Of a DNA stretch of 64,000 bases, positions 48,533 through 57,527 are shown piece by piece. The position numbers were made by a program, and so were the translations under genes. The DNA lies in the NCBI GenBank assembly GCA_050014195.1, contig JBEKDT010000001.1, forward strand, positions 192,001 through 256,000. Direction: 5' to 3'. The notes under the pieces were generated by a model. It was not told where the DNA came from. It saw nothing but the letters and a program-made list of their open reading frames with translations, and searched no databases. Source of the DNA: Desulfomonilia bacterium (GTDB taxonomy: Bacteria > Desulfobacterota > Desulfomonilia > UBA1062). The first letter of the stretch is position 1. Each line of letters begins with the position of its first letter.

Positions 48533-50337
48533 GAGGTGGAGAGGCTAAGCAGATACTGCATCATTGAATCGCAGATGGAGATTAGCTTTGCAGAGGCCTG
48601 GTAAAGGTATTGATTCTGCAGGAGATTGGTCATTTCATCATCCAGATTGACACCGGTGACACTCTGCTTTTGCGTGGTATACTCACTCAACAATGAGTCG
48701 TTGAATGTGACGTTCTGCTTCACATTTTGATCATCCATACCAACCTGGGCTACCAACGAATTGTAATAGCCATCCATGGTTGTGTCCACCCCGGCACCAC
48801 CCATGTCGGAGATGTTCTTGTCCTGGAGGGCGGAGATGGCGCTTGCTACATCATTGGCCCCTGATGCGACTTGATGATCGCTATCAAGATAGCCGGTTGA
48901 GATCAAATCAGGGTTATCGGTTAAGGCCTGATTGACACCAGCGCCCTGAATGATGTCGGTTGTCGGCTGCCCTACTTTTTCATCCCAAGAAAAGAACGTA
49001 TTGACCCCAAGGATGGCCAGTGCATTGCTGGAAGATCCGCTGGCGCTGGGGTTAACGGCGAAGGTATCGCCGGTGGTCGATGCAGTCATCTGGAAATGCC
49101 CGTCAGCGTCCAGGCTGGCCGTGACGTTACCTCCGGTTTGGGAATTGATCGCACCGATGAGATCGCCGACCGTGGTCCCGCTTGTCCCGTTTGCAGTCCC
49201 GTACGCGGCAGTATCAATGGTATAGTTCGTCGGATTGCCGCTACTGTCATATACCGTGATGTCGAAGGTGCCGCTCGAGTTGTACCGGTCACCGAAAAGA
49301 AAGGTTGAGCTTGAGGAAAGGTCATCGCTAAGCCCGGAACACTGAACCGTTCCCGTCATCTGGCTGACGCTCTGAAGACCTGTGCCTTCACTATGGAGTG
49401 CGTTCACCTGCCAGATGAGTTCCTTTGTGAACGAGTTTAAAGAATCCAGGTAAGAACTGATCTGGGTGTCCCTTACATCCGCCGACCCTGCAATATCTCC
49501 ACCCTGGAGCTTATTGGTGATATCGATACTCCTCCCCGAGGAATCATTCCATAACACCTTGAGAAAACCGGTGGTAGAATCACGCTGGGTAGTCAGAGTG
49601 TTTGAGTCATTTCCCTCCACAAGAGGGGTGCCTCCCAGGATGTACACATTGACCGCGCCTGTGTTGGAATCCTCATGGTATGAGATATTAAGATGTTTAG
49701 CAAGATTTTGCAGATCAAGGTCTCTCTCATCCCGCAGGTCGTTGGCATTGGTCTGGCCTTTGACCTCCACACTTGTTATTTCAGTGTTCAGGCTCGCAAT
49801 CTGCTTGATGAGCGTGTTCACATCGTCTACATCGCTATTAATGGTGGTATCAAGGTTTTGCTGGGAAGATGTCAGGTTCGTATCCATCTCTTGGAGCGTG
49901 GAAATCAGGTTGTCCGAATCGGAAAGCAAAGTCTGCCTCGCTGAAGTGTTATCGGGGGTAGTTGCAAGGTTACTCCAGTCATTCCAGAAGGTACTCATCA
50001 GCGAATTGATCCCATCTCCGCTACTCTCATTGAATATATTGTTGACATCATCCATGGTGCTTTGCTGGGCATTCCAGTAAGAATCATCGGATGTTTTCTG
50101 AATCACCTGTTGATTGATGTAGGCATTGTACTGCCTCGTCACCTGGGTAGCGATCACACCGGTCCCGATCTGTCCCGGCGCCGTATTGATAGGGTTGTTG
50201 GCCTTGACCTGCAACGTCTGTTCGGAATATCCATCCGTGTTTGCATTGGCGATGTTGTGCGAAATTACTTCCAAGGAAAGCTGGGAGGTTAAAAGTGAAC
50301 CACGGGCAATATTGAGTGCTCCGGTAATACCCGACAT
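48529..50337 (-). CDS. flgK: Flagellar hook-associated protein FlgK
   Basis: HNIANANTDGYS, IGTGV, NDLRDERD, GVNLDDEMTNL...Q..YQASAK. Confidence 0.94.
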   Translation of the reverse strand: MSGITGALNIARGSLLTSQLSLEVISHNIANANTDGYSEQTLQVKANNPINTAPGQIGTGVIATQVTRQYNAYINQQVIQKTSDDSYWNAQQSTMDDVNNIFNESSGDGINSLMSTFWNDWSNLATTPDNTSARQTLLSDSDNLISTLQEMDTNLTSSQQNLDTTINSDVDDVNTLIKQIASLNTEITSVEVKGQTNANDLRDERDLDLQNLAKHLNISYHEDSNTGAVNVYILGGTPLVEGNDSNTLTTQRDSTTGFLKVLWNDSSGRSIDITNKLQGGDIAGSADVRDTQISSYLDSLNSFTKELIWQVNALHSEGTGLQSVSQMTGTVQCSGLSDDLSSSSTFLFGDRYNSSGTFDITVYDSSGNPTNYTIDTAAYGTANGTSGTTVGDLIGAINSQTGGNVTASLDADGHFQMTASTTGDTFAVNPSASGSSSNALAILGVNTFFSWDEKVGQPTTDIIQGAGVNQALTDNPDLISTGYLDSDHQVASGANDVASAISALQDKNISDMGGAGVDTTMDGYYNSLVAQVGMDDQNVKQNVTFNDSLLSEYTTQKQSVTGVNLDDEMTNLLQNQYLYQASAKLISICDSMMQYLLSLSTS

Positions 50338-50338
50338 A

Positions 50339-50764
50339 TCAGGCTCCTGCTTTTATAGTATGTGATGGAATGGCGGATTTCTTGCCGGCCCTGGTGTAGC
50401 CGTCCTTCTTCAGGCCGGTAAAGAATATATCGATCTGAGCATCGATCTCAGAGAGTTTTTGGGATACAAACTTCTTGGAGAGATCGTTAAGCCCGGATGC
50501 CTTTTTCCAGAGCACAACGAGTTCCTGCTGAAGGCTTCGCATCCTCTTCGTGTGCTCGGGCACAAGCCCGGAACGCGGCACTTCAGACCCTTCACGGAGT
50601 TTGGCAATGCTCTTGATGAGTCTTTGCTTGAGCGGCATCGATTCTTCGAGTGCCTGGACATCCCCCTGAGAAATGAATGTCAGCTCCGTTTCCAGCTGAA
50701 TGACGAGCTTCTCCAAAAGCTCCTTTTCCCGCTCAAGACTCTCGATCACTTCCATATATGTCAT
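50339..50764 (-). CDS. flgN: Flagellar export chaperone FlgN
   Basis: Helical protein directly before flgK, C-terminal GY...GK motif. Confidence 0.75.
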   Translation of the reverse strand: MTYMEVIESLEREKELLEKLVIQLETELTFISQGDVQALEESMPLKQRLIKSIAKLREGSEVPRSGLVPEHTKRMRSLQQELVVLWKKASGLNDLSKKFVSQKLSEIDAQIDIFFTGLKKDGYTRAGKKSAIPSHTIKAGA

Positions 50765-50808
50765 GGTGCCTCCCTGGTCATGCTCAACGAAACATCACCT
50801 TATATTCT

Positions 50809-51135
50809 TTATCGGTTATTCTCATTTATCTGGTGAACATTACCCTGCCTTGTCTTCCCGTCCTCGCCGAAATTCTGCTGTATGTGCTTCTTGAGGATAT
50901 CGGCAATGCCTAAGGCGCCGGATTGTCCAATGCTTTTGGCAAGCTCTTCATTAAACATATCCTTATAGATATCATTCGCAAAACCTTCCTCCAAGAACCC
51001 TTCCGGAATGGATTCGGACATAGTTTTTAAGAGCTGATGGGCAAACATGGTCTCAAACTCTTTACACACCTTATCCAGGGCCTTGACCGGGTCGCTCTTG
51101 TTCATATGAGTGAGCATGCTGACATCTTGAATCAT
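50809..51135 (-). CDS. flgJ: Rod-binding protein (short FlgJ)
   Basis: CKEFETMF...LLKTM, IYKDMF...LA, GIAD. Confidence 0.85.
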   Translation of the reverse strand: MIQDVSMLTHMNKSDPVKALDKVCKEFETMFAHQLLKTMSESIPEGFLEEGFANDIYKDMFNEELAKSIGQSGALGIADILKKHIQQNFGEDGKTRQGNVHQINENNR

Positions 51136-52226
51136 ATGATCTCCAGATCTGCGTACAAGGCGCCTGCCCGCTTGATGGCCTGTATGATGATGATAAGGTC
51201 TCTCGGTGACACGCCGACGGCATTTAATGAAGCAACGAGGTCACCTATGCTGGCCCCGCTCTTGAGCAGGATGAGCCGCTTACCGCCCTCCTCCACCTGA
51301 ACCCCGGACTGCGGGACAACAGTGGTGGCTCCTTGTGAAAATGGCATGGGCTGGGATACCTGCGGCCGCTCGGAAATCTTGATACTCAGATTGCCATGTG
51401 CGATAGCAACGGTCGAGATCTTTACCTCACTACCCATGACCACCGTGCCGGTCCGCTCGTTCACAATGACTCTTGCCCGGTTGTCCGGCGTCACATCGAC
51501 CCCTTCGATGAGCGCCACGAAATCTACAAGTCTGTTCTGGTAGGATGCCGGCACATCAAGCCGGATGGTAGAAAGGTCTTGGGCACTGGCCACCTGGGAA
51601 CCCAGTTTTTCGTTGATGGATCGTACGAGTCTGCCCACGGTTGTGAAATCAGGATTATTCATGACCAGCGTCATCTGCGGGCCCATGCTCAGATCAAGCG
51701 AACGCTCAACCACAGCGCCATTCGAGATCACCCCCGCTGTGGGGAAGTTTTTGGTAACCCCGGAACCCGAGGCACCGCTTACGGCAAAACCGCCGACCGA
51801 TATAGGACCCTGGGCTAGGGCATAGACCTTTCCATCAGGGCCATAGAGCGGTGTAGAAATCAGGGTTCCGCCTGCAATAGAGGTGGCATCACCCATGGAC
51901 GAAACCGTGCAATCAATCTTTTGTGAGCTCTTGGCAAACGGCGGAAGCGACGAGGTGACGATGACCGCCGCCACGTTCTTCATCTTCAGGTCATTAGCAT
52001 TAACCTTGATACCCATATTCCGGAGCATGTTTGTTACGGAATAGATAGTATATTCATTGCCTGTTCCGGCCTTGTCACCGGTACCGTTCAGACCCACTAC
52101 CAACCCGTACCCTGACAACTTGTTCTCCCTCACCCCTTGGATCTCGACAAGGTCCTTCACGCGTACTGCCAGGAGTGGCTGTACTGTGAGGAGTATAATA
52201 ACAATAGCTAGGGTTATCTTCTTCAT
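51132..52226 (-). CDS. flgI: Flagellar P-ring protein
   Basis: RVKD, GYGLVVGLNGTGD, KNVAAV, NERTGTVV, AGALYA. Confidence 0.97.
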   Translation of the reverse strand: MKKITLAIVIILLTVQPLLAVRVKDLVEIQGVRENKLSGYGLVVGLNGTGDKAGTGNEYTIYSVTNMLRNMGIKVNANDLKMKNVAAVIVTSSLPPFAKSSQKIDCTVSSMGDATSIAGGTLISTPLYGPDGKVYALAQGPISVGGFAVSGASGSGVTKNFPTAGVISNGAVVERSLDLSMGPQMTLVMNNPDFTTVGRLVRSINEKLGSQVASAQDLSTIRLDVPASYQNRLVDFVALIEGVDVTPDNRARVIVNERTGTVVMGSEVKISTVAIAHGNLSIKISERPQVSQPMPFSQGATTVVPQSGVQVEEGGKRLILLKSGASIGDLVASLNAVGVSPRDLIIIIQAIKRAGALYADLEII

Positions 52227-52235
52227 GATCCACCT

Positions 52236-52901
52236 CTAAAACGGCCATAACTTGTCGAAAGCCTTTGCAAGGAAGCCCTTATCCTGCTGGTCGCCAAGAA
52301 TACCTTTTCCATAATACTCGACTTTCAGATCGGCTACATTGGCCGATAAGACAGAATTATCCCCCTGTATGTCATCGGGTCTGATGATCCCGGAGACCAT
52401 TATGTACTGAGACTCATCGTTCACCCTGATCTGTTTCTTGCCCCTGATGACAAAGTTCCCCTCAGGCAGGACCCTTATTATGCGGGCAGATACGACTGCA
52501 TTCAGGGTGCCGCTCCGTGAAGTCTCCCCATCCCCGGTAAACGTCGAAGCGCTGCTGGTCTGTACCTGTGGGTGAACGTGAAAGCCAAGAAAGTCCGTTA
52601 CCGTGCTGGCTATGCTGCTGTCCTTCGAGGTATCGGTCTTTGCCTGTTTATCCGCCGACGAGCTCTCAGATATCTGGATAATGACAAGGTCCCCGACCTG
52701 CCGTGCCTTATGGTCGCTATACATATCTGAATATTTGACGGTCGGCGCCCACAGGGAACCTGGGCTCTGGGTGTAATCGGTCTGATCTCCCATGGGTATT
52801 GAAAGCTCATCCTCGGTACGATCGAAATCTTTGGGGGCATGGGAGCATGCGCTTAGAGCAGCCACCATAACAAAGAGTATCAGGTTATACCATAACTTCA
52901 T
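52236..52901 (-). CDS. flgH: Flagellar L-ring lipoprotein
   Basis: Lipobox LSAC; D.KARQVGD, GIIRPDDI, C-terminal WPF. Confidence 0.95.
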   Translation of the reverse strand: MKLWYNLILFVMVAALSACSHAPKDFDRTEDELSIPMGDQTDYTQSPGSLWAPTVKYSDMYSDHKARQVGDLVIIQISESSSADKQAKTDTSKDSSIASTVTDFLGFHVHPQVQTSSASTFTGDGETSRSGTLNAVVSARIIRVLPEGNFVIRGKKQIRVNDESQYIMVSGIIRPDDIQGDNSVLSANVADLKVEYYGKGILGDQQDKGFLAKAFDKLWPF

Positions 52902-52909
52902 ATTGCCTC

Positions 52910-53857
52910 CTACAGCTCAACTTGCACTAATGATGCAGCAATAATGGTGCCAACCACCTGTCTGCCCGAAGAGATGTTCTTTACGGGGATCGTCTCACCC
53001 TGATACCCGTCCTTCATGGCCACACCCTTATCTCTGACCACAAGGTCATTCACCCTGACCTCGATGGAGACGATCTCTCCGGAGCAGACATCCGGCTTTC
53101 TCTGCACCTGAGAAGGCAGGATGGGGTTGCCTTCCAGCAGTGTCACCCTTGACCGCTTGCCTACACAGTCTTCAAGGCGGGTATAGGCATAGGGGCATGA
53201 TGAGATATCACAAGACCGCACCACGAGATCACCAGGCATAATGATCTTACGGGAGGCTACCTTTGCCCTTGCCACGGGGACATCCGCTATGAGCTTGACT
53301 CTCCCGGTCACGGTCACCCTCTCCGGGAATGGCCCGCCACCGACGATCATGGTGGCCGTGACGAATCCCAGATACTTTTCGCGGGAGGAAAATTTTGCCC
53401 GTATGAAGCTCGAATCTGCCTGGAGGACCTTCGGAATCCTTGACACCCTTATGTCAGCCACCTCGATCCTGCCGGAATCCTTCCAGGGACTGTTCTTAAC
53501 GATCTCTTCGATGAAGACCTTTTTAAGGACTCCTTCAGGAACCTCCACAGTGCATGAAGAGACATGTGTCTTTGTCGCACCTGTATAGATCACTGACCCC
53601 AGGTAATGGGAACGGACCTTGTCTGCCACCGCCTTGGCGGAGATATTCAAGTCAAAAGAGCCGTCAGGCGACTTGGCAATTGCTATGCGGGAGAGCAAAG
53701 GCGCATCCTCTCCGCTGATCTCGGCCAAATCTGAAAGCATTACGGTCTTTCCGGTAACCTCCGCCTCGTCTTTGAGATCGACAACCGTGTCTGCAAATAC
53801 GCTCACCGGTATAAAAAGCCCGCAGAAAAGACACACCGCCAGAATAAGATCCCGCAT
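52910..53857 (-). CDS. flgA: P-ring assembly chaperone FlgA
   Basis: Signal peptide, SAF domain, G.A..DG..GE.I.VKN..S. Confidence 0.9.
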   Translation of the reverse strand: MRDLILAVCLFCGLFIPVSVFADTVVDLKDEAEVTGKTVMLSDLAEISGEDAPLLSRIAIAKSPDGSFDLNISAKAVADKVRSHYLGSVIYTGATKTHVSSCTVEVPEGVLKKVFIEEIVKNSPWKDSGRIEVADIRVSRIPKVLQADSSFIRAKFSSREKYLGFVTATMIVGGGPFPERVTVTGRVKLIADVPVARAKVASRKIIMPGDLVVRSCDISSCPYAYTRLEDCVGKRSRVTLLEGNPILPSQVQRKPDVCSGEIVSIEVRVNDLVVRDKGVAMKDGYQGETIPVKNISSGRQVVGTIIAASLVQVEL

Positions 53858-53863
53858 CTAATG

Positions 53864-54646
53864 CTACCTCACAATACCTGCGGCAGTCTGGAGCATCTCA
53901 TCCGAGGCTGTTATGCACTTGGAGTTGAGCTCATATGCCCTTTGGGCTGCTATCATATTGACCATCTCCGAAACGGCATCCACATTCGACATCTCCAAAT
54001 TTCCTTGTGAGATCGTGCCGAAGTTGTCCTTGCCCGGTGTACCCTCAATGGCATCCCCTGATGCAGGGGTCGGTGTATACTGATTCATGCCGATGGATTG
54101 CAGGCCTGCTGTGTTAGGGAAGATGTAGGTGGGGATGTTCCCGGTGGCCAGAACCGTGCCGCTACTCGACATGCAATTGATCTGTCCCGCATTGGAAATC
54201 GTTATGTTGGCGGTCTGCTGCGGAACTTTGAATTCGGGCTGCAACCGGTCTCCCCTGGAATCCACGATATAACCTTCGGAGTCCATATTGAAAGAACCGT
54301 CTCGTGTATAGACATCGGTCCCGTCTGCGATGAGGTGGAAAAACCCGTTGCCCTGGATGGCCATATCCAGGTTATTACTGGTCTGGAGGTAGTCACCCTG
54401 GGTAAAGATCTTCTGAATGGACACCGGTTGCACACCCATGCCCACCTGAATCCCCACAGGTACGGTTCCACCTGTAGGGGTAGGACTACCCGGTTGATTA
54501 TAGGTGGCATAATAAAGATCCTCAAAATCCACCCTGCTCTTCTTGTAGCTCGTCGTGTTCGTGTTCGCCAGGTTATTTGCAATGGTATTGACCATCAACT
54601 CCTGGGCATTCATGCCCGTGGCAGCGGTCCACATCGCTCGAATCAT
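53864..54646 (-). CDS. flgG: Distal rod protein FlgG
   Basis: MIRAMWTAATGM, ANNLANTNT, YTRDGSF, LEMSNV...EMVNMI.AQRAYE. Confidence 0.96.
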   Translation of the reverse strand: MIRAMWTAATGMNAQELMVNTIANNLANTNTTSYKKSRVDFEDLYYATYNQPGSPTPTGGTVPVGIQVGMGVQPVSIQKIFTQGDYLQTSNNLDMAIQGNGFFHLIADGTDVYTRDGSFNMDSEGYIVDSRGDRLQPEFKVPQQTANITISNAGQINCMSSSGTVLATGNIPTYIFPNTAGLQSIGMNQYTPTPASGDAIEGTPGKDNFGTISQGNLEMSNVDAVSEMVNMIAAQRAYELNSKCITASDEMLQTAAGIVR

Positions 54647-54661
54647 AGCCTTTCCTCCTTT

Positions 54662-55405
54662 CTATGCTACTGTCCCGACATTATGCATCGAGTATGAATA
54701 GGCATCGTTTGCCGACCTGATCACCTTCTGAAAGACATCGTAAGCCCTCTGGGCCGCGATCAGCTCCACCATTTCATTGATGGGCTCCACATTGGCTGTC
54801 TCCAAGCTACCCTGGATGACAGACGGGATCTCAACGGGTTCCGGCGTGAACCCCTCTTTGACGGAGAATAGGTTATTGCCTTCACGTACAAGATCTTCAG
54901 GCGGGATTTTAACCACCTGTAGGGTACTCACTTCATCACCATCCTGGGAAACTTTCCCTTGGGAATCGATAACCAACTGGCCCTTATTGGGGTCGATGGT
55001 GATATCGCCTCCATTCCCCTGCACAGTATATCCCTGAGAGGTTATAATCGTGTTTTCCGTACTGAGCTGGAATGATCCTGCCCTGGTATATCGAGGACCA
55101 TCATCAGTATTGACGACGAAGAACCCGTCTCCCGCCAGTGCGATATCGAGCGGGTTACCTGTTTTCACAGGGGGGCCGGGCGTAAGGTCAATGGAAGTGC
55201 TGACGGGGATTACATCGATGGGCACTGTTTTGTATTGTCCGCTGTACAGCATAGAGGTATCCAGCTGTCTGACAAACTGTTCGAAGCTCATCTGGTCTTT
55301 CTTGAATCCGGTTGTATTGAGGTTGGCGATGTTGTTGGAGATGATGTTGAGCCTCTCCTCCATGGCAATCGCCCCTGCCGCCGCCGTGTAAATACCCTGA
55401 TCCAT
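54662..55405 (-). CDS. flgF: Proximal rod protein FlgF
   Basis: GIYTAAAG, SNNIANLNTTGFK, TGNPLDIAL, YTRAGSF; AGGAGG RBS. Confidence 0.92.
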   Translation of the reverse strand: MDQGIYTAAAGAIAMEERLNIISNNIANLNTTGFKKDQMSFEQFVRQLDTSMLYSGQYKTVPIDVIPVSTSIDLTPGPPVKTGNPLDIALAGDGFFVVNTDDGPRYTRAGSFQLSTENTIITSQGYTVQGNGGDITIDPNKGQLVIDSQGKVSQDGDEVSTLQVVKIPPEDLVREGNNLFSVKEGFTPEPVEIPSVIQGSLETANVEPINEMVELIAAQRAYDVFQKVIRSANDAYSYSMHNVGTVA

Positions 55406-55430
55406 ATGCCCTCCTTGCTGGGACCATATG

Positions 55431-55446
55431 AGCAAAGAGGGTGCCA
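55431..55446 (-). promoter_or_regulatory. Sigma54 promoter of the flgF operon
   Basis: Minus strand reads TGGCAC-CCTCT-TTGCT, a consensus -24/-12 site 26 nt before the flgF start. Confidence 0.9.
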
Positions 55447-55525
55447 GTGTCTTTAAAATGGCTCCAGTCCAATATCCGGTATTTCAGCCTCAGGAAAAAA
55501 ATGCCTGTAGGTAAGTAAAATTTGT

Positions 55526-55618
55526 TTTTAAGTTTTAGGTTTAAGGTTGTAGGTCATTGATGATGTCTGTGAATCTTTCCCTTTTTTAAAACCCAACACC
55601 TGAAACTTATAACCTTTC
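55526..55618. repeat. Oppositely oriented heptamer tandem arrays between the divergent flgF and flgM promoters
   Basis: TTTTAAG TTTTAGG TTTAAGG TTGTAGG (55526-55553) and ACCCAAC ACCTGAA ACTTATA ACCTTTC (55591-55618). Confidence 0.55.
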
Positions 55619-55629
55619 AATAAAAAAGT

Positions 55630-55656
55630 TAAAGGATTTCAGTAAGAATCCGATAA
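55630..55656 (+). promoter_or_regulatory. Sigma28 (FliA) promoter
   Basis: TAAA-N15-TCCGATAA upstream of the flgM operon. Confidence 0.85.
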
Positions 55657-55694
55657 ACATATTACGGACGGTTGAATAAACACAAGGAGTGTGT

Positions 55695-55910
55695 ATGGAG
55701 GTCAAGAGTATCTTCATGAATCTCATCATGAGGACCTACGAGAAACAGAATGCGATTTCAACGTCTAAACATGATGTGGATAAGACTGCTGGCGAGCACA
55801 CAGCCGACACCGTCACGATATCCCAACGTGCGAGCAAAAGGCTCTTCAGGGATATTATGGAAAGCAGCCTACAAAAAGGATTGAGCGAGGTCCCAATCGA
55901 TGAAAATTAA
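55695..55910 (+). CDS. DVU0524-like FlgM-associated protein
   Basis: MRTYEKQ and DTVTIS motifs, directly before flgM; AAGGAG RBS. Confidence 0.7.
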   Translation: MEVKSIFMNLIMRTYEKQNAISTSKHDVDKTAGEHTADTVTISQRASKRLFRDIMESSLQKGLSEVPIDEN

Positions 55911-56217
55911 CAATACTTCAAATACGGATGCCCTTAAGGCATATAACACACAATCACTACAGGGTGTTCACCGTTATAAGGATAAAGATTCTGATACCAC
56001 TTCGAAAACGAACGGTGCCGCATCTTCCGACAAGGTGAACATCTCAAGCACCGTAAAGTTTATGCAGGATATTCATAAGGCCGTATCCGACTCTCCTGAT
56101 ATCCGCACCGATAAGGTCAAGGACATTGAGACAAAGATCAATAATGGCACCTACAAGCCTGACATGAGCCTTGTGGCGGATAAGCTATTGAGCCCTAATA
56201 TGAGCGACCGGATCTGA
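55900..56217 (+). CDS. flgM: Anti-sigma28 factor FlgM
   Basis: DKVNIS, PDIRTDKV..I...I.NGTY.PD...VADKLL. Confidence 0.93.
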   Translation: MKINNTSNTDALKAYNTQSLQGVHRYKDKDSDTTSKTNGAASSDKVNISSTVKFMQDIHKAVSDSPDIRTDKVKDIETKINNGTYKPDMSLVADKLLSPNMSDRI

Positions 56218-57429
56218 ACCGGAAAAGGCAACCGATGCCACATACTTCAAAACGGCATCGCCTAAGAAAACTCTCTTAATACGTCCGAAACAGAGGTGTT
56301 TTTGCACCGTGCCCCCAGGTTTTGAGAGGGTAATCCCAAGTAGTAACGGCCTCCATGAAGGATCTGTTGAGGATGTCTCATTAGGCATTGCCTTTTGTTG
56401 CCTCGAAACCATATCAAGCATCAAAAAATAGGAATCGGCACCGGTAGCCATACTTGAGCCAAGGTATGTCCGCTTTTGAGCATGCTTGCGAAAGAATTCG
56501 ATAAATTCCTTGCCAGCTGTTGATTTTACTGTCTCCTCAATGAAGTCCGACTGAATATAGAGCCCTTCTAAAGATTTGTCCACCTCGTGCATGAACGTCT
56601 CCTCAGGTTGAATATTGCTCACGAGGATGGGTCTGGCTGCATCGAGCAAACGGGCTTTTAATAGTGCTGCATGGGTATTCGACCCGGAGAACGGTATATA
56701 AACGGCATCAGGCTTACCATACATAAGGTGTGTAATTCCCGGTGAAGGGTCTTCCCCCTTCTTTATGTATGCGATATCCACAATCCTGCCGTTCATCTTC
56801 ACTATATATGAAGAGAACAGGCTGGCCAGCCGGACACAGCTTTCGTCCTGAACGTCCACGACAAGCGCGATCCTAAAGGCATGGAGTACATTTGTCATGA
56901 ACCGTGAGCAGGCATAGGCCTGATCCTCAAGGCTTGTACCCATCCTTATTACTGTGCCCCCCTCTTTTGTCTTCCAGTCAAGTCCGGCCGAGGTGGTCGC
57001 AATAAACGGCACCACCCTTTGTTTCATGACATAAAAAGCCTTAGCGATCATATCGGCTGATACGCACGAGATGACACCTGAGACTTTATCTTCCATGAGA
57101 AGATCCTTAAGCGCCTGGGAGAAGTCCTGGAAAGATGTACCTGCATCCTTGAATATGAGCTCAACTTGCCTGCCCGCCTTTCCTTTCTCCATTTCATGCG
57201 CCATCTTTATACCTTCGGCCTGAACCCCGGCAACTTCGGCCAATGCTCCCGCCTGAGGCATTAAGATACCGATCCTGATGGGATCACCCTTGGTGGGTAC
57301 AAGGGCCTCACTACTCTTGGCCCGCAAGCCGCTGCCGGCGAAGAAAATGGGCCCACAGACGATCATTATGATGAGTACAATAAAGACATAGGTTCGTGAT
57401 GTGTTCATGGCAAGGCCTACTCCTGTCAT
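56185..57429 (-). CDS. Orphan periplasmic binding protein (LivJ-like fold)
   Basis: N-terminal TM/signal, IRIGILMPQAG, GRQVELIFKD; no transporter genes adjacent. Confidence 0.8.
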   Translation of the reverse strand: MTGVGLAMNTSRTYVFIVLIIMIVCGPIFFAGSGLRAKSSEALVPTKGDPIRIGILMPQAGALAEVAGVQAEGIKMAHEMEKGKAGRQVELIFKDAGTSFQDFSQALKDLLMEDKVSGVISCVSADMIAKAFYVMKQRVVPFIATTSAGLDWKTKEGGTVIRMGTSLEDQAYACSRFMTNVLHAFRIALVVDVQDESCVRLASLFSSYIVKMNGRIVDIAYIKKGEDPSPGITHLMYGKPDAVYIPFSGSNTHAALLKARLLDAARPILVSNIQPEETFMHEVDKSLEGLYIQSDFIEETVKSTAGKEFIEFFRKHAQKRTYLGSSMATGADSYFLMLDMVSRQQKAMPNETSSTDPSWRPLLLGITLSKPGGTVQKHLCFGRIKRVFLGDAVLKYVASVAFSGSDPVAHIRAQ

Positions 57430-57527
57430 GATTTCTCCTTTATGCAAAGCCCGTAGTATATATCATGGAAGTATGGTACCCAATCAATGCTTATTGTGCC
57501 AAACACGTATCTCATAGGAGGATTCAG

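Noticed and set aside
50809-50838. Possible internal sigma28 promoter before flgN (ACCGATAA on the minus strand)
   Set aside because: The -10 is good, but no TAAA-like -35 is at the correct spacing.
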